A stretch of DNA of 64,000 bases from Dicyema japonicum. Lineage: Eukaryota; Animalia; Dicyemida. The stretch lies in contig RDEW01000008.1 in NCBI GenBank assembly GCA_011109175.1, positions 1,555,447-1,619,446 on the forward strand, read 5' to 3'. Under the pieces are notes generated by a model that was not told the origin of the DNA, did not search any database, and saw nothing but the letters and a program-made list of their open reading frames with translations. Every line of letters starts with the position of its first letter. The first letter of the stretch is position 1. Shown one piece after another: positions 36,432 through 47,399 of the stretch. Position numbers and translations under genes: made by a program.

Positions 36432-39400
36432 ATGGAAGAAGCGAGAGCCAGCTTTGTCACTAATTTGATTGGTAGTGCGGGTTCTTTGGCTTCATTTACT
36501 GCATCCAAGAACATCATAGTGGATTTGGAAGAATGCGTATAGTCTTATAAATTACTATTAGCACTCGCAAGTATCACGATGGATAAGCAGTAATTTCAAA
36601 CGGAGTCGCTGCTGTAGATTTGTAAAGAAGGGGGATAATGATCTGTAAGTAGTGACATTTTACTTACAGGCTTTGTCAATGCAATAATCCTTTATCCAAA
36701 CACACCAAGGAAGCCCTAAGTAAAAAGAAGAAGCCGTTGGGAGACTGGGATCCAATCCGTGATACTGAGGCCATTCCGACAGACGCTTTTGGAGAAATTG
36801 AGTTTTCGGGTTATGGCAGCAGATTAGCGAATGTATCACCTTCTTTAAACGTTTAGTATATTTCTGTGAGAGAAGAGACCAACATGGATTTGATACTCAA
36901 GCTTTTTAGGGAAGTGTGGAATATTCCCAAGCCAAATCTGGTCATATCGGTCACAGGAGGAGCTAAGAGCTTTACGATGGCGCCAAAATTGAAGGATATA
37001 TTTCGAGTGGGACTCACCAAGGCTGCCTCAAGCACAGGTATTTATCAACAGAATCAAAGGCGCTTGGATAATCACAGGAGGCATGAATGCTGGAGTCATG
37101 ATGCACGTGGGTGAGGCTATCAAGCAGCACAATATTCTTTCTAACAACAAGAAGGTTCCCTGTATTGGAATAGCGCCATGGGGGTGTGTAGGACTCAGAG
37201 AAAATTTAATATCTCCGCTGGTGCTAATAAATGATTGATTTCAAGGGAAAATGGCCAGCTGCCTACAGAATGACCGAAATGTCCACATTACACAAAAATG
37301 AATCATTTTTGGACGACAATCACACACACTTTATTCTAGTGGACAATGGGACTTCCCATAAATACCGTGTTGAGATCGAGTTTAGGGCAAAATTTGAGGA
37401 ACATCTCACAAATATGAAGACATCAAAAGAAGGTACCCCATTTGGTCATTTCAGGCGGCCTGAGGATACCAATAATTCTTCTTGTATTGGAAGGAGGAAT
37501 TGGAACCCTTGAAACTGTAGCCTCTTCCATCAAAAGAAAGACTCCAACTGTTATTGTGGAGGTACCACATTAAAATCACGATTAGGGATCTGGAAGAGCT
37601 GCTGACATCCTGGCGAAGATATATCATGCCATAAAAAGTCAGTTTTAGAGTAATTTGAAGACAACGTTGGCTTAGATCTCCCAGATTTCATCAAATCTGT
37701 GATAGAAGACGAGTTTGGTTCCCAAAATATCGACGACATGGTCAAATTAGCCGAGAAGTGTTTCCAGAACATGAATCTGATCACCGTGATTAGCCTCGAA
37801 GGAAACGAAGAGATCGACACGGCCCTACTAAAGGCACTGTTTACAGGTACTTGACCAATGCACGTGGTAGCTAACAAGGACCATTCCATAATTCAGTTGA
37901 AGCTGGCCTTGGTGTGGGATCGCATTGATATGGTCATAAATGATCTGTCCTTTTCAAAGATGAGCTTATTTGAAGTTCTTCATTACTGTTAATTTTCTAG
38001 TTGGAGGAAGTGCTCCATTCTGCAATTCTTCTTGGGAGATCAAGTTTTGTTCAGTTCATTTGCGAAAACGGCGTCGATCTGAAGCATTTTTTGACTTCTA
38101 ACAGACTCGTTAGGCTTTATAATCAGGTCTCTGAATGATCATATCTAGATCCCCCCGCGATGCCAGCTTGCTACTCTTCTTTGCAAGCAACAGAAGAATA
38201 TGGGAGACTACGTGTCTTTAAAAGACGTGGGTTTGTTCATCCAACGCGTCATGGGGGAGTTTTTCGAACCCTTGTACCTCACAGATCACCGGTTTTTTGT
38301 CATTTTTATCTTCCAGATATTCCCAGTTGGACTCAAATTATATAATGAAGCTCCGCCTAGGAAAGCATGGTTTTTACGATTTCTTAACTTTAAGACCTCA
38401 ATTCCATCGAAATTGATGATCCTCACCAGGAGCTCTTTATTTGGTCCATTCTAATGGGGAGAGTCAACCTAGCTCACTACTTTTGGTTAGAAGGAAGGGT
38501 TCTGTTTCTATTTACATGTACAGACTGGAGTAATCGCTGCTCTCGTGGCCTCATCTTTGCTCTACAGGCTTGGCAAGCTCACAAATGACCACGATTTGGC
38601 TTCCTCTCACATTGCCAACTCCCAGTGAGATATTTTGGATAAATGCAGTTTCTACAACGAATTAGCGATGGGAGTGATCAATGAGTGTTGGAAATCTGAC
38701 GAAAAAAGGGCCCACCAGGTCCTATTGAAAGATAACCCAAGTCTGGGGCAGTGTGACTCCCTCACAATCGCCGTCCGCACGGACAATAAGGATTTTGTTT
38801 CTCACTCTTGTTGCCAGTCTCTTCTTACCAAAATATGGATGGGATCCATTTCAGAAGAGACCTCAATGCTCCAGGTTGTCTTTGATGTCATAAAAAAGCT
38901 TATTTTCTGCAATTTTTTCCCAATTTTTATCCCATTTTTGATAAAATTTAACAAATCAGATGCCTCCGATCAAATTTCGGTAAAATATGATTTAACTAAG
39001 AAATAGGAATTTGAAAAATCTTCACATTCGATGAAAGGGAGACAAAAATCATTGTAAGCTGTTTTTTTAGCTTAGTCGAGTGAGAATTCGACAACTTGTG
39101 CACAAAATGGAGACGTTCTACTCCGCCCCTGTCATCATTTTCACATCAAACTGCGTATTCAACGACTTTGATGTTTAGTTCAACTATCTATGGTTTCTGC
39201 TGCTGTATAGCTATGTTTTGCTTGTGGAGTACTCAAACCAACTCACAAACGTGGATATTGTGCTTTCTGTGTTTGTGGCAAGCCTCTTTTTCGAGGAATT
39301 TAGGCAAGTGGGGAATTTTGGTTACAACTTAGTTTTTAAGCGGGAAAAATATTTCATTTAAAACAAAATTGAAGGACTATTTCACTGATTTTTGGAATTT

Positions 39401-40514
39401 GCTAGACTTTTCTAGCATTTTTATCTTTGTAGTTGGGCAATCAATCCGTTTCTCGAATTACTGCACAGCAACTAACCCCACGTGCTTCGACATCGCCAAA
39501 ACAATACATTCAATATCTTTAATTATCTGCTTTGTGAGGCTTTTGCACATTTTCTCTGTCAGCAAACATCTTGGCCCGAAAGTCCTTATGATTGGGAAAA
39601 TGGTGGTCCCTAAGTGATCATTTAGGTGGTTGACTTGGTGATCTTTGTCTCCATTCTGCTTGTCTTTATGGTGTCCTTTGGGATCATCCAACACGCCATT
39701 CTTTATCCCAACGCTGAACTGACCTTTGAACTTCCGTTTTCCGTGTTTTCCAAAGCATACTGGCAGATGTTTGGAGAACTCTTTCTCACGGATATCCAAG
39801 GTGCTGATCTTCTTCATTTTAGCTACCGAGGCTTCGGGGACCTGTACTTTCAACAAAACCATATACGATACTGGACAACTTGTCCAATGTCCATCCAAAA
39901 GCGGAATCTATGTGATCCCCATCATGTTGGCCCTTTACTTGATATTTACAAACGCTCTGATGCTGAATCTGCTGATTGCCATGTTCAGGTGGGCCCCGAT
40001 TAACCAATTTTAGCTACACGTTCGCCAAAATACAGGAATCGACGGACAAACATTGGCACTTTCAGCGATATCAGCTCATTTATGAGTATTACAACCGTCC
40101 TAAGCTGGCTCCCCCGTTTATTCTGCTTTCCCACATAATTGGACTTGTTTCTTATATGGTCGAGTACTGCAGGGGAAAATTTGAGTCAAAAAACGGTTCA
40201 CGTGATTTATGACGTTCTCAGAGACAAACGTGGAAGAAGGTGAATTGACTAAACAACTGATTCAATGGGAGAACATGCGAGCTGACGACTTTCTGAGGAC
40301 AAGGCAGTTGGAGGAGAAACATGACGAAAAAATATATAAGATGAAAGAAAAGTAATTATTATGTAACAAATTTTAGCCTCAGGGAGATCATTGGGGATGT
40401 TGATACGTTAAAATTGGACGAAAAGGTGAAATTAAAGATAAAATCATATTTTAGGTGGATATATTGCTAAATAAAGTATATAATTTGTCCAAGAAAGCTG
40501 AGCAGACTGATTAA
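36432..40514 (+). CDS. TRPM cation channel (TRPM2-like, no C-terminal enzyme domain), about 25 mini-introns
   Basis: MHR motifs [51 protein letters not shown]; DFWNLLD; [11 protein letters not shown]; pore YWQMFGELF; [10 protein letters not shown]; TRP box WHFQRY. The frame is reconstructed continuously with 21-28 nt introns to TAA at 40512-40514. Confidence 0.95.
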
Positions 40515-40944
40515 ACATGTAATTTATATCATACAATAAAATATTTGATTTTTTATAGACAAGAATTAATTTATTATTATTAAGAATATTCGAGAATGAA
40601 GAACTAATAACTGCCTTGTTCCTCTTCAAGATTCTCTCCCAAGTTCATCCAAATTGGCCAGCCGGGATCCGAATTCGAAATTGGTGCATCAACTGCTTTC
40701 TTATTTCCGAAAATTCGCGTATCCGATTTTTAATAGTCCAAGTATGTCTTAAGCTTCGCAGAAGCAAAAGAGGTATTTGGAATTATCTGATTGCATATTA
40801 CGCATTATCATTTCCGGTTTATCTGTTCCGTTTTTAAAAAATCCATATGAGATAACTTTCATGATATTTTCTCTTCTATTAAATTATAATTTATAAATTA
40901 ACGTAACAGAACCTAATATTAGGGTTTTTATTATTTTTTTTAAT

Positions 40945-40991
40945 TTAACACACCGAAATCAGGTCTAAGGAACCCAGGTTAGGAACCACTG
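40945..40991 (-). mobile_element. hAT-like terminal inverted repeat remnant
   Basis: CAGTGGTTCCTAACCTGGG on the minus strand resembles hAT/MITE termini. No partner end found. Confidence 0.4.
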
Positions 40992-41082
40992 AAGTAGAGG
41001 AACAATATGGAGAGATCAAGTATAGTAGAGTCATGCTATAGTTGACCAAAGCAACGTTTCGACGAATAACCTCCAAACTAAT

Positions 41083-41230
41083 ACGCTGGGTGGCATAGTG
41101 GTTAGGTGTCGGGCTAAAGTGGCTTAGGCTACGGGTTCGATTCTCGCTGCTGTTCACCTGGTGGAAGGTTCCACGCATCTACGATGCCAAAAGGGTTTGA
41201 CGAGTGACGCCGTCATCAGTGGATACTCAC
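41083..41230 (+). mobile_element. tRNA-derived SINE family T, 5' half
   Basis: TGGCATAGTGGTTAGG…GGTTCGATTCTCG. Nearly identical to the head of 56962-57284. Confidence 0.88.
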
Positions 41231-42214
41231 TTACTAACGAAATATCGTTAGCTCGCAGGTACCCTAAATATATTAAGTCTTAAATTAATATCAAGAGACC
41301 GACGTTCTAGAAAACTTGTTATTTCGTTCTGTGGTCTCCACTATGTGAAAGACGTTTTTTTAGATAGGAATTAAGTTGCTACAAAATGTTGTTAGATAAC
41401 CCGGACTTGTAGAGACTAAGGATTGACTTTGTTTTCTCAAGACAAATATTCATGAAGATTTATTATTTTGTGTGTCCTGGGCACCCAAAGTTTCCAAAAA
41501 GGTGTCTAGGACTTGTAGAGTCTCAAGTGAAATCAGCTTTAAAAACATTTGCCCTTAAGCCCCGGTATTTTATCACCTTAAATTTTTAAAGATCTTGCTC
41601 AGGAGACTAACCGGCATTCAAAATGATTCATCTATTCATTCAACCGAAAACACATTTATTTCGAAACATATCTGACGATTGGTTCAGAATCCTAAATGAT
41701 CTCCAAGTGTCCTGTCACAGTATGAAACTCCCTAACCTGCAAAACGTCATAAAAGGGGACTATTGGAAACTTTCTCAGTATGAACGAAAAAAAGTCATAT
41801 TTACCAAAGAAAACCTTATCCGCCAAAAAATATTAAAAAATGAAAGTTTATCGGAGTAAACGTGGCCTCTTCCCAAACGATTGGATCACTTTGACTGTGC
41901 ATCCGCTTTCGGTAGTTCTTATAACCAGTTATTTCTTCATTTTATTTAAAGAGACGGGGTAAATAAATATAGAGACTGTTGCATAGATTCATAACATTTT
42001 GAACCCAACCCTTGCAGACCGACAAGTAATGTCTTCTTCAACACAGCAGGTTAAATATATTAGCGCCTCAATCAATAAATCTATATATATTACAGGAGAT
42101 CATTTACCCCCACGTTAATACCATGTGAATTTCAAAAATCCTGATTAAAGCTGACGATTCAGATTAAAGAAATTTTAAAAAAATAAAGCCAAAAAGATAT
42201 TTATTCATATTTAA

Positions 42215-43716
42215 TTAAGAACCATCAATTGACAAAGTTTTTACATATTTGTAGGAACATAACCAACTTCACTCCCAGCGAGACATTTAATCCAATTCGA
42301 GCTATTTTCACGTGTCAATTGAAGCATGCGATCTCCTATTAATGATATAAACGACATGACCCTTTTTAAAAGTAATCTCATCTCCTTCAGTTCCATCAAA
42401 ACTTTCCATGGCTTCAATTAAGATGGGATTCGAAAGAGTGACCGTGTCATCAAAGGAATTCAAAGATGTATTCTTTTCTAAGCAGGGAGTCGAATCTTCG
42501 TTTTCCGTTAAATTGCCATTTTCCTTGATAGTTCCATTTTTCGGATGCGAGGTGATCTTGAATTTTTCGAAATCTTTAAAAAGGTCGGAGTATTTATCGA
42601 TAGGGGTCAAAACAGACTCTCTCGGCCTTTAAATGACAAAAATCTATCAACTTTGCATCATTTTTTGCATTTTCCTCTGATCTGTTCTCAATCAAATCCT
42701 TTGATGAGTCAAAAATAACTTACGGCAATATCAAACTCAGGAAAGTCCATTTCAGGGCCACGTGTTAAAGACCATTTTTGCAGATCATTCAAAGGCTCTA
42801 GGATAGATACTTTTTTGAAGTTTTTAGTGGATCTCTTGTTGATTTTAGCATAATTTTCGTTTAATCTGCATGTGATTGACTCAGCCATTTTTTTGAAGTA
42901 CAAAAGCTGAGCACAGTCAACAGTCTGACACTCATCAAAGATCTTTAGGCTCACAATAGTCAAATACAGAGCGCATTCCCTCAATATAATCAGTCTTGAT
43001 TTCGTCCAAGGCTGAGATTCTCTTTTTGCAGAGTTGTCGTTTTTGCATGACCTTGGCATCAGCTGAGGCTACTTTGGAAGAAGATGGTTCAGTAATCTAT
43101 TTGCCGAGATTTAAATAGAATAGCTACAGAATAACCACGTGTCCTTTCTAAGTAAATCAATTGCTGTCTGCGCCGAATATGGCTGGCGTGCCTGGCTGCG
43201 TTAGAAAACGAATTCTCAGACTTTTTGTAAGCATTATATAGTCCAATCCATTTTTCTTGAGCCTTTGAGTTATTTACAAGTCAAACGGATTTGAATTTTT
43301 TTGAGAAATGTTTTTGAATCTTCAGCTTTCTGCTTGATAATGCTGTCTTTTCCCATTCTTTCGGTATTTCAGGGTAATTTTTCACATTTTCTGCAAGAGT
43401 GGCTTCATCCTTGACGATAACTTCAAGATTATCCAAAAGTGACTCCCAGCACTCCCCGATGGTTCCCCCTTCGTCGACCGCTTTGATGTTTTTAATCAAA
43501 AATTACATTTTTGTGTCCTACTCTTCCATTTGACATAAAATGCCGACAACTGCTTGACATAACGGCTTAACAAAGCACTAAATTCCTCTGAAAATATCCG
43601 CAACTCGTTAATAGAGGCAAGTCTAGAATCGAATCGATTGATTGTTGGTTGAAAACCCCTTGAGTCCAAAAATTACACTCATCAGCAAGAGCTCCAACGG
43701 TTGTAGACATCACCAT
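42215..43716 (-). CDS. PACSIN/syndapin-like F-BAR + SH3 protein
   Basis: N-terminal NFW…INRFD; GTIGECW; helical F-BAR; LQKWSLTRGPEMDFPEF (cf. PACSIN W…GPGM..WP.F). C-terminal SH3 AMESFDGTEGDEITFKKG…WIK…VGYVP. Mini-introns and probable homopolymer frameshifts. Confidence 0.8.
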
Positions 43717-44324
43717 AACGCCGAACAACGACAATTAAATTGATTGTCACAATCGGCAAATTTAAATAAAAATCGATCATTTAAACTGCTGTGCCACCCT
43801 CAAAGACCCTTAAATGATTGGAATTCATTCTTCATGGATTTTGTAATGCGTCCTCAATTCTACGATTATGTCTAATTCCACGATAATCCTAAGCAAGTGA
43901 GCTATCTAATCCAACAAAGTTGCAATAAATTGAGTGTAAACTTGCCCGTTATAAAAATATAGAGTCTCTGGCTGCTTTAATGACTTCAAAGTGCCATTTT
44001 TACTTGTTAAATGAAATTTTAATTCTTAAGAGCGTGAATACTGAGACTCTATATATTGCATAAATTAAATCGATAATAATTTGATTATCAATTATTCCTA
44101 ACTTATGTAATGCGGATTCTATTTTTAGATATTTGGCATTTTAATCGATTACTAATAAGTAATTGAAAAACTAATCTTTGTCGTAGTTATTGTCAAAAGG
44201 ACTATGGAAGACTAGTTCCTATGTAATGGGAGGCAATACCACGATAACGTAAAAGATTTAATTAATGTTTTTTTTAATTATGAAAAATTATTTAACAATT
44301 AAATAATGTTAACTATGATTAGAC

Positions 44325-45250
44325 TAAACTAAAATATCCTTCTTCTACGAAGATTTTCAAAAGTCATCCACATGACTTCCACTCCTCCTCGGACTGTGGG
44401 TCCGCCGCTCCAATGTTCCCGCTCTTCCATTCGCCTCGACGCGTAAAGGATTTCGTCAATTGGTATCTTGACTCCATGTTTGTGCTCGACAATGATACTC
44501 TCTAATGTTTTCTTTAAAACCACCGATTGAAGATAAGCTCTTATTGGCACATTAATCGATAAAGCTTTCAAATGATTTCTGTAGCACGTGGATATAATCC
44601 CGTCCATGTAAAAACCATAGGAATAATTCTCACTTGAGCATCGTATAGCATGCTCAATTCTTTAGCGAGAAAGTCATAGTTTGTAGCTTTTCCACCTCTG
44701 TATTCTTAAGTGCTTTTTTGAGGTGATTCCATCTTCTATAATCACAATCTCATTTTTCCTTTTGTCATACACGAAAATGTCTGGCTTATTGTGTTGCACT
44801 TCAGTGTCAGTCATGATAATAATAACCTTGGATATACCGAGAAAGAAGTTAAAGTAAACAACTAATTAAGTGTATCCTTTTTCCACTTCTACAGAAACAG
44901 AGTCCATCCGGAATCAGCATAAAGGGTAAGACGTCCATATTTGCAGTTGTGGAAACCCCTCCAGTGGAGTGGGAAAGCGAATGATCTTTTTCGTGCCTGG
45001 CACTGGGCGCCACCTAGACAGATGGATCACATGACGCCACTCTAATAGGACGAGAGAGGAGGAACAGACGAACAAACAGAAACTACAACCAATTAGCCAC
45101 GAAGCACCACATGACGCCACGCGGCCAGAAGAATATTTAGTCATGATGCAAGTGTCCACTCAGATTTCCACTCTCTGTGTCGTAACAACTCATCGAACTG
45201 AGTGTGTTTTTGAACGTCTAGATTTCTTTATGTCATACATTCTACATAAA
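44325..45250 (-). mobile_element. RLE-type non-LTR retrotransposon C-terminus (same family as 4985-6130), interrupted by a family A element
   Basis: High nucleotide similarity to 5000-5450. Peptide DGIISTCYRNHLKAL…AYLQSVVLKKTLESI. Confidence 0.88.
44818..45138 (-). mobile_element. Non-autonomous LINE-derived element, family A, with target-site duplication
   Basis: Flanked by the 9-bp TSD AGTCATGAT (44809-44817 and 45139-45147). Has a (TTA)n tail and is highly similar to 55575-55895. The empty site is visible in the paralogous RLE copy at about 5343-5351. Confidence 0.92.
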
Positions 45251-46149
45251 TGTTTATACTTAAGTTTATTTTAAATAATTGGGATGGGGTCTGTACCGAC
45301 ATCTTTTCCAAGTCGGAACTTGAAAGGAGGAGGCTGCTCGGACTTTCGAGAATTTCAAGATAGAAAAATACGACCCTCTCCACCAGATTCCACGTACAGC
45401 CCGTTGTCGTCGAGACGAGCGGAGTCTTCGGGCCCAAGACGGTCTCTTTTCTAAGATCGCTTAGGTCAATGATATCGAAAGTAAGTAATGAGCGTCGAAA
45501 ATATAATAACCCCTTATGTTTGCGAAGTGGTGTGAATTTTTCTAACGAAGCGATCTCGCTTATTAGATCACACAAGCATCTTTAATCACAATGAAAATTT
45601 ATTGAATTTTTTTTAATTTTAAAGCAGAGATAATTAATCCTTGCAGAGAAGATTCCGTATGTTTTTCAACATAATACGGCAATCCCGATTTGTTGTATTA
45701 GCCAAAACGATCCGCAGGGTTCTTTTTTCGGCTTGCTATTTTCCCTTCTATTTCTTTCACAAAGACCGCAGTGAAAGATCCTACGGTTCCAGACGTTTCA
45801 ATAGCTACTGGTGTGAATCGGTATCGGTCTCCAATGACCGAGTACTTCAGGATTCGGCCAATTCTGCTGCGCTGGCCGCAGATCCAGGTTTATGAGCAGA
45901 TCTAGAAGGAGCAAAGTGAAGAAGGTATCAACACAGGTTACATCCCAGACCAATGATTTTCCGTGTGAATATGGGTCACTCCGTCTTAACTAGGAACTTA
46001 TGTCCGAAAGATAAATATCTAAGATGTATAAAGTTGTGAAGAAACAGTATTTAGAATAAAAAATGGAGATTAAACAAGGATTTGATTGTGCAAACCTTAT
46101 TACCGAGGAAGTCTTATATAAAAACTATGAATCAGATCTTTCATCAAAA

Positions 46150-47330
46150 CTCGATCGTCTAGTTTTTGAACTTTTCTGAATCGGGGGGCAAAAATAAAAT
46201 TGAATTTCCGGATATTAAATTAGAAACATTGCCAGAACAACCGCGGCTCGGATAAATTTAAAATATTTCAAAAGCTCAAATAGATGGCTAGATCGTTTTA
46301 AGAAGCTTCATGAACTATCTATTAAAGCAATTTCGGTGAAAAGAATTTCTGCGACAAAAATTCAATTAAAAAATTTTACAAATAATATGACCAGTTGTTT
46401 ACCAAGTTTAATATGAAAGATATTTTTAATTTTGATAAAACTTGCCTATTCACTAAAAACAATTCGAATAAATCATTTGTCACTAAAGATGAAAATTGTT
46501 TTGGTAAAAACAATTTGTACAAAAAAGATATGTTTTTCAATGATGTAGTATTAAAGGTGAAAAGTTATTGGAAAGTTTAAATCATCGAGATTCCATAAAA
46601 ATATAAGAACTGAATTTGGGGTACTAATTTTAAATTATACATAGGGGTTATATACAGTGCATCCGAGAATGGAGGAATAGTGATATCTTCAGCAACTTGT
46701 TACAAAGAATTAATAGTGAAATGTTCTTACAGAATCGACAAATTTTAATTCTTCTCGATAATGCTCGATGTCAAATTGTCAAAATTATTCTAATCTTACT
46801 TCCGTCAAAACTTCCAAAAGTATAACAGCTATTCTTAAGCCCATTGATATGGGGATTATGAATTCTTTTAAATCATATTCAAGTGTCCTCTATGAAGCAA
46901 TTTGTATCGACGATAATTAGGAAAATTATGAGATTTTTTTCCTAGTTAAAGATAAATATGCGAAAGTTATTGTATTCGTTGGAGAAGACTGGAATAGAGT
47001 AACTAGGGACACAATAAATAATTGTTGGAATAAAATAGACGAAATTAGAAATAGTGTGCCCAAAATTTGTCCAAGCATTCAATCTGAACTTTTGGAGTTC
47101 AAGTTTAATAGACATCCAATTTAGTGGAATTGGAAATAAAACACAATTGTATGATAGGTGTGATGAAATTGAAAATCATAGCTTTAAAGACAATAAATAT
47201 TATGAATAATCTTGAAAATTCATTAATTGATGCTTGTCCTAAGCACTTTGAGAGTATTATGATTTTAGACTGAACGTCTTTAAAAAATTACGGAAAAATA
47301 CAATATTGAGGGAAAAATTAGCGATCACTT
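46150..47330 (+). pseudogene. pogo/Tigger-like (Tc1-mariner superfamily) transposase remnant
   Basis: FKSSNRWLDRFKK (CENP-B HTH), DIFNFDKTCLF, ILILLDNARC, LKPIDMGIMNSFKS, with many stops and frameshifts. Confidence 0.85.
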
Positions 47331-47399
47331 TTTTAATTAATAAATAAAATGGCTTTTTATCGTTAAAATGCTATTTAATTAAAAAAATTAAAAATAATA

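Noticed and set aside
38364-38393. Apparent GC-AG intron in TRPM
   Set aside because: With the correct upstream frame, a canonical GT-AG 25-nt intron gives the right protein.
41083-41150. tRNA gene
   Set aside because: A/B boxes and D/T arms are present, but there is no proper acceptor stem or 7-nt anticodon loop. It is the head of a dispersed SINE.
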